From Eledone cirrhosa (lineage: Eukaryota), in the NCBI GenBank assembly GCA_964016885.1, contig OZ024742.1, forward strand, positions 93,620,001 through 93,684,000: DNA of 64,000 bases. Direction: 5' to 3'. Made by a program: the position numbers and the translations under genes. Shown one piece after another: positions 10,277 through 24,555 of the stretch (the stretch's first letter is position 1; every line of letters starts with the position of its first letter). The notes beneath the pieces are model-generated. The model did no database searches. It saw nothing but the letters and a program-made list of their open reading frames with translations, and was not told the DNA's origin.

Positions 10277-11991
10277 GTCATAAGATCACTTCCATTTTAA
10301 ACACTATAGCTAATTTAAGTAGACAATACCTGGTAGAATAAAATGTTTCTGTCAATCTTCACTGTATGAAAGATCTTTAATAGAAGCTGCGTGAAGAATC
10401 GCTATTGTTGTACATTTAATATGAGGGAATTTATCAAACTGTTCTAAATTTGTCATGTACAAATGCTAAAACCGGTTCTACTCCTATTTGAGTGCAAGTT
10501 CAAACAACACTGCTTTAGCCTTAATATGTCTTTCAAGTATGTTGACAAGTGAACGTCAACTATGCTTGCCAACTACATTTGGAAACTGAAAGAACTATTT
10601 GCAAATAACAATATAAATTGGAAAACTCTATAAATAGGCAGGTAATATACATACCAGGCAAAGAAATTTCAGGTGTGTACAAAATAAAAACACATATTGT
10701 GATAAATCTGTATATTAGATGCCCACAGTTCGATCAACGTTTGTTTGATCAGTGGAAACTATACCCACATTATCTACTCAACACTATAAATAACATACAC
10801 TAGTTTCTCCTAATTTCTATGTTGACAATCATATTGAAACTTATTTCTCATATACATAAATTTTTACAAGTTATCTATACCGATGCTATCACAAATATCC
10901 TATGTCATTCAGATAAGCATGCATACACTTTAAATATTCAAACTGTTCTTTTACATACGTCAATTTACGTAAACCCTGTCCGTTGACAGCATCAAATATT
11001 TCGTCCATCATTCACATAAGCATAAAGATGCATGACGAAATAATTGGATACAAACAAATACAATAGATTCACATACACACGTATATATATATATTAATTA
11101 TAAACCCAGATATTTTACACAAGGTATATAAAAATGATAATACTGAGAGAATTGTTTACTGTTCTTCATAAAACCAAATTGCCCACCTAAATCACATTAA
11201 TTCACACAAAAACAGAGAAATGCCATATTGGGAATATTTAATAACTGAACGCTGGAAATTCCCTGGTGTATTTTACTGATGTTGCTTAAATGAAATTTAA
11301 ACGCCATATTGTCTTATTTAAGTAAGTGAAGTTTGACAAACAGCAACAGCTGAGGTAGCTGTGACATGATCTCGGCTTAAAATACTCACAGGACGACTAA
11401 ATCTATGTCTTTTATATATGAACATATTATATATGGGTTTATATCAACTTCAACTATAAACTGTGACATAGAAAATAATAAACTTATGGCTTCTTCTGTT
11501 CCAGTACTTTTTCCTTTTGTTTTCCAAAAAATAAGGTAGAATAATATGAAACACTTGTGATACCTTGTTTCCACATATCTTTTTACTCTGATATATAACG
11601 GAGAATTAAATTGACTCCATAACATAGCAGTAATATACTCCTCACAACGAGGAGCTGAGATAATTGACTGACCTATCAAATTGACACTTTATAAAATATG
11701 AAATATATTATTCTTGGCAAGTCAATAAAAAATTGAGATATTGATGTTTTGTGCCCGACTTGAAGATAGAGACGAAATGAAAGTTGCAGGAAAACATGTG
11801 GATATATTCGAAATTTACTTCACCCCCTCTCTTTCTCTCTCTCTCTCTCTACATAACATCCCATCACTCCCCATAGAATAAAGGGCAAAGAAACTCTTCG
11901 GTCTCGAATGCCCATGGGATTTGTACCTAGAAAGTTCCCCACTGAGGCACAAGACAGAAAGTTCCCATATGTCTTATGTAATTAATGTATG

Positions 11992-12117
<126 letters not shown>

Positions 12118-12609
12118 ATAAGACAGACAGCTGCTTCTTTATCTCGTCAACTACCCTTGAGGTAAGATTGATTGTGATGATTTGTGCATTGGATTGAAGA
12201 ACCGCTCTGCTTGTTCAGTCCTTTGTTTATCATCTTCGATTTATAGCAGACCACTTTTCCGCAGCTCCATAACCTAATAACATCCACCTGACAAAAGTTA
12301 AATTCTTCAACTTTTCATTCCCTCCAGCATTAACATGTTATTACATGGTAAGTCCGTTTTCTTTTTTAGTCATAATTCATTATGTATTTATCCTTGTTTT
12401 AGTCAAAAGGCACTCGTAAATTTTCCTGTCCATTCTTTGTTTTATTATCGTTTCAGATGTATTTTATTAATAAAGTGGTTCACCAGCCTATTATGCAAAC
12501 TGGGCATCACGAGTGAAATACCACGTTAAGGTTTGAAATTTCACTCTAGTAAGGTGGCTGACGAGGTTAAGCTGCAAGTGTCTGTTCGTATATAGCTGGG
12601 CACATTGTC

Positions 12610-12652
<43 letters not shown>

Positions 12653-12940
12653 GAATGTTATAATGTTTTGTGCTACAAAATATTATAGTTTAGCCAGGTT
12701 TTGGGATATTATAAATATTTCTGCACCTTTTATTTTCATTATCGTTTCAGGGCTTATACAACCAAGCTTCACAGCCGAAGGTAAATCCCTAAATATTATT
12801 GATGGATGAGATTTAACTGGGAATAATTGTTAAGGATCGAACACAAAGTCAAGATATACGATGTTTATATCATATTGGACAAACACACCCTCACATACAT
12901 ACATACATGCATACTTATGTGTGTATGTATGTATGTATGT

Positions 12941-13004
<64 letters not shown>

Positions 13005-16000
13005 ACATTTAGAAGCAAATTAGAATTTTTTAATGTTACATATTATTTTAGTCTTAGCACATAATATCATAATTGACCTTAATATTCAATTTCACTGCTA
13101 TGGGTGACAACATTTGTGCTCCCTCTTGAGAATTTCTTGAAACCTTTCATTCTGTACCCTTGTTAATGTGAGAAAGACAACATTCAGTCAAGCTTCATGG
13201 GATAACCACGTTGTTTACCATACCATTCGGTATCTGTAAGGGGCTTTATGCCAAGAGTTATTAAAAGTAGAAAAATATTAACAAAATCAACTGATTTATA
13301 AGACCTCATCTTTTATATTTACTTACAGCTTCTACTAGTATATTCTCTGATCACCTCTAGAAAACGTAACTTTAACATAGATATTTCAAAATTATTGAAT
13401 CATTCTTATGTATCTAAACATTTGTTAAAAAGAATTGAAAAAAAAAATCAAATTCATGTATTACTTTTGCCTTACCCACAGATGTGCTGTCTCCCCACTC
13501 TGTCATTTTTAATATTACTACAATAGGTTCTGCTCCTCATAACTGTATGGGCTCTTCCATTCAGTCTTCTAGCTTACTCTTATCTTATCTTTTCCCCATC
13601 ACCCATGTTGTGTCACATACTCAGGCCCCACACTAACTGGTATGCCTAGTTCTTCCTGCCCAGAGCATTGGACCTCTAGAACTCCATATATTCTTATGTC
13701 TTCCCTACATGTGTCGACTCATAATAGTTTAAATGGAACATCAACCTCACTGGTCCTGGAAGGTCTACAAAGGCCATGCACTTTTAACTTCCCTCCAGAT
13801 GTAACAAATAAAATATCATTCTAATCATGAAATGATTTAATGGAAACTGTATTGGATTATTAGCTCACAATATAGTTATGGTAAGAATTTGTCAAGTGCA
13901 CTTAAATCTTCAATTTCCCTAGTTAGTGAGAATAAATGCTTCCTAATCTGAAGCTGAAATTATCTTCTATTTGCTGAGCACTATACAAACTAGAGTTAAA
14001 TATGTTGTTCCACTGCACCACGAGTCTTAGATTAGGAATCTTCAATATACTATCATTATTTAAACATTTATTTGAATTTATCTCAGCTTTCAGTCCATTA
14101 TATGGTTTAGAACCATCCCTTCTAGTTAGAACATAGATCAAATTTAAATATGACATTGAAGCATTTAACTCCATTTTGTTGTTTCAGAAATAATTTACCA
14201 ATTTCACTACACATCTGTGGAACAAAACAATAAATACAAATGAATTATAATCTTCATGGATTTATAAATAATTAAAGAATTAACATTAACTCATGAAGTA
14301 CGTTTATAGCATTTGACTCAGTGGTGTTCTATAGGATCAAGGCATATATATTTACTAATTGAGATGACCATAGTATAGTGTAAGTAACAATTAACATTCT
14401 CATGGTTTTAGCAAAAAGACTCAATCAACAATTATTAGTTGAGAATAACACAGAAAATCTTTTTACAATATAAATGTTTGATGTATTCTTATCACTTAAA
14501 TTACAAAAGAAGTATTTGAGACTAATTTCAGAATAAATAACTGAAAGGGGCTAGTGTTCTGCTAAACCAAATACACACATTCACATAAGCAGAGAGACTA
14601 AAACACTAACCATGGATATGGTCTTACAACTCACAGAAAAGTAGTTTAATACTTTCATTTATTTGATAAATTCCCTAACTGCGACATGAGAAATAAAACA
14701 TTAACTCAAGCAAGAATTTTCTCAATTTATATTTAAAATAAAATATAAATAAAAATTAAACATAATCAAGAACTTTTGACATAAAGATATATTTTGATGC
14801 TTAAAAGAAAATAAACAAAGAAAATTAACCATTATTGGATTGACAGGAAAGATTGTCTATGGGAAGCCATTGTCTAACAAATACTTTCATATTCCTACAA
14901 GGAATATGAGAAAGAAGAATAGTAATCACAGAATAGCATAAATGTAGACATTGTCAATAGTTGGAAAGTTTTGTGGAGAACAACATTAAGTAAAAATAAT
15001 TGAAGTAAAATGATATTATTTAATAAGAAATCTTTTTGAATAAATGGAAATGCACTTCTGACTTGACCCGATACAGTAGAGTATGGGGCCAAGACAAACA
15101 ACACATATATCACTTTCATGTTTCAAAATAGTCTTTTTCCAGAGCAATTGAGCAAAGATAAGCATTTTACGAAACTTTCAACTTCTCCATTGCCAATTCC
15201 ATTCAAATGTTTAGTGGAACATAGTAAACCAATCTGCCGTGAAACCACTTAAAAATGTACAATGTTGCTTTGCAATGATGGGGGAAGACAGGCATGAAAT
15301 TTGGCTTCTGGGAAATATAAGGAAAAGTTTGATGTTACATTACCTTTAAGACAGACAGAACCCAGGGGAAAGGTAAATTCACGATTAACTTTGTAGTCTT
15401 TTCAATATTGGCTAGGACATTTTATACAATCGATAGCTTCTACTCACTCACTCTGGACAGTAGCATATCTATCAGAGTTATAGCTAACAACAGTAATAAT
15501 AGCAACATTGACACGAGAATTATATTGGAAACAACTTAACTCAGTTGGTATTCTTTGTTGGTTTTTAGAGATTTTCTTGTTTTCTATTTACTTCCTTTAA
15601 TTGTTGTCTATTTGTTTATCCAGTAATTTTCTTTCTTGCTTACTTTCCTCGTTGGTTTGTTTGTTTTTTTTTCTTTTTCTTTAACATTTGTTTTCCTTCA
15701 TTTTGATTTTGTGTCTATTTCTCAAAGGTCTTTCTAATTTAATACATTTGAGAAGATTTGTAGTGGAAGAATTTACTTTTAATAGAAAATACCTCATTGT
15801 TTTATGCTCACCACACTACACTATTCCACATGCCACAGCACACTACACTATTTCACTGCAACACATCACACCACACCACACCAGACCATTCTACAACACC
15901 AGACAACACTTCACCAAGCCACATAACATGAGACAAACCCACACGCTAGTGCACCATTCCACACACCACACCACAATACATTATTTCTTTGCACAATTCC

Positions 16001-16329
16001 ACACGCTACACTTCACCATTCTACTGCACAACACTACATGCCATACCACATACCATCACACCACACCACACTACAGCACACACAATCACATGGCACTATT
16101 CTCACACACCAATCAACACATCATTAAGTTATATAATTTTGGACATCTCCACACTGCAGTGCATCACTCTACTGCACCTTTCCACACACCATTCTACACC
16201 ACATTATTTTGCTGCACTGTTCCACATACTACATTGCACCACCCTATTACACTGCACCACAACACACCACATCACACCTCACTGGACCACATTACAACAT
16301 TTCATTATATCATTCCATACATTAAACCA

Positions 16330-16875
16330 CAACACTCCACACTACAACATACCACACCACTCCACACTACACCATACCACACCAATCCACACTACATCAT
16401 ACCACACTACACCATACCACACCACTCCACACTACACGATTCCACACTACACCATACCACACCACTCCACACTATACCACACCACTCCACACTACACCAT
16501 ACCCCACCACTCCACACTACACCATTCCACACTACACCATACCATGCCACTCCACACTACACCATACCACACCACTCCACACTACACCACTCCACACTAC
16601 ACCATACCACACCACTCCACACTACACCATACCACACCACTTCACACTACACCATACCACACCACTCCGCACTACACCATACCACACCACTCCACACTAC
16701 ACCATACCACACCACTCCACACTACACCATACCACACCACTCCACACTACACCATACCACACCACTCCACACTACACCATACCACACCACACCACACTAC
16801 ACCATTTCCCTGCACCATTCCCCACTACACCATAATACACCACTCCACACTACACCATTCCACACTACACCATAC
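16330..16875. repeat. 25-bp tandem repeat (CACACTACACCATACCACACCACTC) built from pentamers
   Basis: Direct reading; grades into degenerate pentamer sequence from about 15810. Confidence 0.85.
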
Positions 16876-16972
16876 TACACCAGGTCTTACTTCATTATAT
16901 ACCATGTCACAGCACCTAATACTATTCTTCTGTATCATGCTATAACAACATTACATCATACAATTCCATATT

Positions 16973-19900
16973 TACTGCACCATCTCACACTCCACTATGC
17001 CACTCCTCACCATGCCATACCATACTGCACCATCTCACACTCCACTATGCCACTCCTCACCATGCCATACCATACTGCACCATCTCACACTCCACTATGC
17101 CACTCCTCACCATGCCATACCATACTGCACCATCTCACACTCCACTATGCCACTCCTCATCATGCCATACTATACTGCACCATCTCACACTCCACTATGC
17201 CACTCCTCACCATGCCATACCATACTGAAAAATCTCACACACCACTATGCCACTGCTCACCATGCCATACCATACTGCACCATGTCACACTCCACTATGC
17301 CGCTCCTCACCATGCCATACCGTACTGCACCATGTCGCACTCCACTATGCAACTACTCACCATGCCATACCATACTGCACCATCTCACACTCCACTATGC
17401 CACTCCTCACCATGCCATACCATACTGACCATCTCACACTCCACTATGCCACTTTTCACCATGCCATACCATACTGCACCATCTCACACTCCACTATGCC
17501 ACTCCTCACCATGCCATAACATACTGCACCATCTCACACTCCACTATGCCACTCCTCACCATGCCATACCATACTGCACCATATCACACTCCACTATGCC
17601 ACACCTCGCCATCCATATGATACCGCACCATCTCACACTCCACTATGCCACTCCTCACCATGCCATACCATACTTCACCATCTCACACTCCACTATGCCA
17701 CTCCTCACCATGTCATACCATACTGCACCATGTCACACTCCACTATGTCACTCCTCACCATGCCATACCATACTGCACCATCTCACACTCCACTATGCCA
17801 CTCCTCACCATACCATACCATACTGCACCATGTCACACTCCACTATGCCACTCCTCACCATGCCATACCATCCTGCACCATGTCACATTCCACTATGCCA
17901 CTCCTCACCATGCCATACCATACTGCACCATATCACGCTCCACTATACCACTGCTCACCGCGCCATACCATACTGCACCATCTAACACTCCACTATGCCA
18001 CTCCTCACCATGCCATACCATACTGAACCATCTCACACTCCACTATGCCACTCCTCACCATGCCATACCATACTGCACCATCTCACACGCCACTATGCCA
18101 CCCTCACCATGCCATACCTTACTGCACAATGTCACACTCCATTATGCCACTCCTCACCATGCCATACCATACTGAAAAATCTCACACTCCACTATGCCAC
18201 TGCTCACCATGCCATACCATACTGCACCATGTCACACTCCACTATGCCACTCCTCACCATGTCATACCATACTGCACCATGTAACACTCCACTATGTCAC
18301 ACCTCACCATGCCATACCATACTGCACCATGTCACACTCCATTATGCCACTCCTCACCATACCATACCATACTACACAATCTCACACTCCACTATGCCAC
18401 TCCTCACCATGCCATACCATACTGCACCATCTCACACTCCACTATGCCACTCCTCACCATGCCATACCATACTGCACCATCTCACACTCCACTATGCCAC
18501 TCCTCATCATGCCATACTATACTGCACCATCTCACACTCCACTATGCCACTCCTCACCATGCCATACCATACTGAAAAATCTCACACACCACTATGCCAC
18601 TGCTCACCATGCCATACCATACTGCACCATGTCACACTCCACTATGCCGCTCCTCACCATGCCATACCGTACTGCACCATGTCGCACTCCACTATGCCAC
18701 TACTCACCATGCCATACCATACTGCACCATCTCACACTCCACTATGCCACTCCTCACAATGCCATACCATACTGACCATCTCACACTCCACTATGCCACT
18801 TTTCACCATGCCATACCATACTGCACCATCTCACACTCCACTATGCCACTCCTCACCATGCCATAACATACTGCACCATCTCACACTCCACTATGCCACT
18901 CCTCACCATGCCATACCATACTGCACCATATCACACTCCACTATGCCACACCTCGCCATCCATATGATACCGCACCATCTCACACTCCACTATGCCACTC
19001 CTCACCATGCCATACCATACTTCACCATCTCACACTCCACTATGCCACTCCTCACCATGTCATACCATACTGCACCATGTCACACTCCACTATGTCACTC
19101 CTCACCATGCCATACCAGACTGCACCATCTCACACTCCACTATGCCACTCCTCACCATACCATACCATACTGCACCATGTCACATTCCACTATGCCACTC
19201 CTCACCATGCCATACCATACTGCACCATATCACACTCCACTATGCCACTCCTCACCATGCCATACCATACTGCACCATATCACGCTCCACTATACCACTG
19301 CTCACCGCGCCATACCATACTGCACCATCTAACACTCCACTATGCCACTCCTCACCATGCCATACCTTACTGCACCATGTCAAACTCCACTATGCCACTC
19401 CTCACCATGCCATACCATACTACACCATCTCACACTCCACTATGCCACTCCTCACCATGTCATCCCATACTGCACCATCTCACACTCCACTATGCCACTC
19501 CTCACCATGCCATACCTTACTGCACCATGTCACACTCCACTATGCCACTCCTCACCATGCCCTACCATACTGCACCGTGTCACACTCCACTATGCCACTC
19601 CTTACCATGCCATACCATACTGCACCATCTCACACTCCATTATGCCACTCCTCACCATGCCATACCATACTGCACCATGTCACACTCCACTATGCCACTC
19701 CTCACCACGCCATACCATACTGCACAATCTCACACTCCACTATGCCACTCCTCACCATGCCATACCATACTGCACCATCTCACACTCCATTATGCCACTC
19801 CTCACCATGCCATACCATACTGCACCATCTCACACTCCACTATGCCACTCCTCACCATGCGATACCATACTGCAGCATGTCACACTCCACTATGCCACTC

Positions 19901-21940
19901 CTCACCATGTCATCCCATACTGCACCATCTCACACTCCACCGAGCCACTCCTCACCATGCCATACCTTACTGCACCATGTCACACTCCACTATGCCACTC
20001 CTCACCATGCCATACCATACTGCACCATGTCACACTCCACTATGCCACTCCTCACCATGCCATACCATGCTGCGCAATGTCACACTCTACTATGCCACTC
20101 CTCACCATGCCATACCATACTGCACCATGTCACAATGCACTCTGCCACTCCTCACCATGCCATACCATACTGCACCATCTCACACTCCACTATGCCACTC
20201 CTCACCATGCCATACCATACTGCACCATCTCACACTCCACTATGCCACTCCTCACCATGCCATAGCATACTGCACCATGTCACACTCCACTATGCCACTC
20301 CTCACCATGCTATACCATACTGCACCACGTGTCACTCCACTATGCCACTCCTCACCATACCATACCATACTGCACCATCTCACACTCCACTATTCCACTC
20401 CTCACCATGCCATACCTTACTGCACCATGTCACACTCCACTATGCCACTCCTCACCATGCCATACCATACTGCACCATCTCACACTCCACTATGCCACTC
20501 CTCACCATGCCATACATACTCCACCATGTCACACTCCACTATGTCACTCCTCACCATACCATACCAGACTGCACCATTTCACACTCCACTATGCCACTCC
20601 TCACCATGTCATCCCATACTGCACCATCTCACACTCCACCGAGCCACTCCTCACCATGCCATACCTTACTGCACCATGTCACACTCCACTATGCCACTCC
20701 TCCCCATGCGATACCGTACTGCACCATCTCACACTCCACTATGCCACTCCTCACCATGCCATACCATACTGCACCATCTCACACTCCACTATGCCACTCC
20801 TCACCATGCCATACCATACTGCACCCTGTCACACTCCACTATGCCACTCCTCACCATGCCATACCTTACTGCACCATCTCACACTCCACTATGCCACCAC
20901 TCACCATGCCATACCATACTGCACCATCTCACACTCCACTATGCCACTCCTCACCATGCCATACTATACTGCACCATCTCACACTCCACTATGCGACTCC
21001 TCACCATGCCATACCATACTGCACCATGTCACACTCCATTATGCCATTCCTCACCATGCCATACCAGACTGCACCATGTGTCACTCCACTATGCCACTCC
21101 TCACCATACCATACCATACTGCACCATCTCACACTCCACTATGCCACTCCTCACCATGCCATACCATACTGCACCATGTCACACTCCACTATGCCACTCC
21201 TCACCATGCCATACCATACTGCACCATCTCACACTCCACTATGCCACTCCTCACCATGCCATACCATACTGCACCATCTCACACTCCACTATGCCACTCC
21301 TCACCTTGCCATACCATACTGCACCATCTCACACTCCACTATGCCACTCCTCACCATGCCATACCATACTGCACCATCTCACACTCCACTATGCCACTCC
21401 TCACCATGCCATACCATACTGCACCATCTCACACTCCACTATGCCACTCCTCACCATGCCATACCATACTGCACCATCTCACACTCCACTATGCCACTCC
21501 TCACCATGCCATACCATACTGCACCATCTCACACTCCACTATGCCACTCCTCACCATGCCATACCATACTGCACCATCTCACACTCCACTATGCCACTCC
21601 TCACCATGCCATACCATACTGCACCATCTCACGCTCCACTATGCCACTCCTCACTATGCCATACCATACTGCACCATCTCACACTCCACTATGCCACTCC
21701 TCACCATGCCATACCATACTGCACCATCTCACACTCCACAATGCCACTCCTCACCATGCCATACCATACTGCACCATCTCACACTCCACTATGCCACTCC
21801 TCACCATGCCATACCATACTGCACCATCTCACACTCCACAATGCCACTCCTCACCATGCCATACCATACTGCACCATATCACACTCCACAATGCCACTCC
21901 TCACCATGCCATACCATACTTCACCATGTCACATCCCACT
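16973..21940. repeat. 50-bp minisatellite, about 99 copies (GCACCATCTCACACTCCACTATGCCACTCCTCACCATGCCATACCATACT)
   Basis: Clear 50-bp periodicity with scattered substitutions and 1-2 bp indels; contains a 1347-bp higher-order duplication. Confidence 0.97.
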
Positions 21941-22054
21941 ATGATGAATCATTCCTCTCTACACCACACTGCATCACATTATTGTGTATTACAACACTCT
22001 GCATCTTATCTCGCCACACAGCACCATGCTATACCAGATTTACCATTCCACACT

Positions 22055-22645
22055 CCACTGCACCACATTATTCTGTATTTCAATACTCTACACCCTATCA
22101 TCCTACACACTACCATGCTAAACCAGTGTGCACCACACCACACCACACCACTTTATTCTGTATTACAATACTCTACACCCTATCATCCTACACACTATCA
22201 TGCTAAACCAGAGTGCACCACACCACACTACATTATTATGTATTACAATACTCTACTCCCTATCACCCTACACACTACCATGCTAAACCAGAGTGCACCA
22301 CACCACACCACACCACTTTATTGTGTATTACAATACTCTACACCCTATCATCCTACACACTACCATGCTAGACCAGAGTGCACCACACCACACCACACCA
22401 CACCACATTATTGTGTATTACAATACTCTACACCCTATCATCCTACACACTACCATGCTAGACCAGAGTGCACCACACCACATTATTGTGTATTACAATA
22501 CTCTACACCCTATCATCCTACACACTACCATGCTAAACCAGAGTGCACCACACCACACCACACCACACCACACCACATTATTGTGTATTACAATACTCTA
22601 CACCCTATCATCCTACACAGCACCATGCTAGACCAGAGTGCACTA
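22055..22645. repeat. About 70-85-bp tandem repeat with variable (CACCA)n spacer
   Basis: Unit core ATTGTGTATTACAATACTCTACACCCTATCATCCTACACACTACCATGCTAAACCAGAGTG, about 8 copies. Confidence 0.9.
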
Positions 22646-23948
22646 TTCCTCACCACACTGCATCACATTACAGAGGAAGACAGTAGGACACTTCAAGTAT
22701 TTGGTATTCTCTGGGTTAAAGTTCAATCGACACAATGGAATTCAAGGGTTAACTTTCAACTGACATACTCTTAATTCCTGCCAACATTTTGGTTTAAATA
22801 AATTACTTCTTCATTATTTCCATGCACTGCTGCCTGTTTCAAGATCAATAGCCAGAGGACCAATATTGGCAAAGTCTCTTATTTTTTCTCTGATATAACT
22901 GTTTTCTATCATTTCCTGAAGGGACTTCCATACAGTCATGACTAGGTGGTTTAACAGTTTACTTCATAACCACCTGGTTTCAGGTTCGTTACAGCTGTGC
23001 AGGACCACAGGCAACCACATGACTGTAAGTAACTTCAAGACCATAGGCAGCTGCAGAACTGTAGGTAACTGCAGGACTGTAAGCAACTGCAAGAGCTATA
23101 TGAGGTGGGGAGGTCATCACATACATCAGACCAGGGACAGCTAAAAAGAAGCCAGTGAATAGATGATGGCACCATCTAAAAAAAAAATGTCTATCTTTAC
23201 CTTTGAATTATAAGAGGAATTTCTCCTGCATCTTCACCTGCAATATTTCTAGCTCCACTTACTAAACTTTCTCTTCAAAACAGTAGGTAAATTTAATCCA
23301 TTGAATATATTTGATTTATTTTATATTGCATTTGATAAACAATAAACCACTTTATTTGAAAACGATTGGGTTTTCACTAATGCTTACACACGCACGCCCC
23401 CCCCCCACACACTCACATATATAGATGTCCATCACCATAATCCTCAACGTTTGACATCCATTTTCTATGCTTGTATGCTTTAGAAGGATTGTCATGTTAT
23501 AAGGCAAGTCAGGTCAGATGGCCATATCTTGCTCATATGGATCTGTATTTTGCTCCTATTTCTACAGCTGGATGCTCTTCCTAACATCAACCAATTACAG
23601 TGATAACTTGGTGAAAATACAAAATCCCCTGTAAATTGAGAAAATGGTAAACATTTTAAATTGATTTTTGGATCTTATTGGACCCTATAGGAAGATGTGT
23701 ATATCATCCAATCAACCACAAGGAAACATGAATTTGATGGGTATATATACTTATTCACTGATAGTCATATTCTGAATTCTAATTTGCAGATAATTAGCAC
23801 TTATGTTGATAAGTAATTAAGTTATATATCAAAATATAGAAAGAAATGTGCTTGTGGTTGATTGGAAGATATACACATCTGATGAGGCTCCAATTTACAG
23901 GAGAATTTCATATTTTCTCGTATGTTTACATACCTACATATTAGATAA

Positions 23949-23996
<48 letters not shown>

Positions 23997-24113
23997 ATGT
24001 TGCTGCAGTATTGGTTACACACTCAGTATTTATATAGATATGACTTTAATATATATATTTATATGTTAATATGAGTGTGTTCCTATGTACACATATACAA
24101 AAGGAAATGGTTG

Positions 24114-24196
24114 ACAATGACTTTGAAGTATTGCTTGTGGCTGGTTTTGCCTGACAAAACCAACTATATGTGAAACGCAGATGTCACTGTCATTGT
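24114..24196 (+). ncRNA. Decayed hammerhead-like motif
   Basis: ACAATGAC/GTCATTGT stem I, TGGTTTTG/CAAAACCA stem II, GAAACGCAGATGTC; first core box degenerate (TTGAAGT). Confidence 0.4.
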
Positions 24197-24304
24197 AAAC
24201 GTTCCTTTCTCAAAATATAATCTATACCATTCTTTCATGTATTGAATGCACATTCAGTTATGGCTCAACTTCTTTAATATTGTGTTATATATAAAAAAAA
24301 TTAC

Positions 24305-24354
<50 letters not shown>

Positions 24355-24517
24355 GTATATATATATATAAGAATTAAAATACTAGAGTGTGTTGGAGTTA
24401 AACACCCTCTTCATATTATAGAAATGACAGTAAAGGTATAGCTCAATGTAATTAAACAGAGCCGAAGAATTAAGAAATAAACCAAAGAAGCCTTCAATAC
24501 ATCAAAAGTCTTTATTA

Positions 24518-24555
24518 GCCAACAATGGTTCGTCCTATTAAGGACTCATCAGGGC
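24518..24555 (-). ncRNA. Minimal type I hammerhead in the PLE1 pLTR (one core substitution)
   Basis: GCC-CTGATGA-GTCCT-TAAT-AGGAC-GAAC-CATTG-TT-GGC; GAAC replaces GAAA. Confidence 0.7.

Noticed and set aside
11390-11672. Two apparent minus-strand exons (11672-11564 and 11460-11390)
   Set aside because: Splice sites look plausible, but the only open frame of the first meets a stop two codons into the second, and no homology was recognised.
16973-21940. CRISPR-like regular repeat
   Set aside because: No unique spacers and no cas genes; eukaryotic context.
15688-22774. Long His/Pro/Thr-rich ORFs (up to 1260 aa)
   Set aside because: They arise from a 50-bp unit (not a multiple of 3) lacking stops. 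All three frames are open with the same peptide, and indels shift frames freely.
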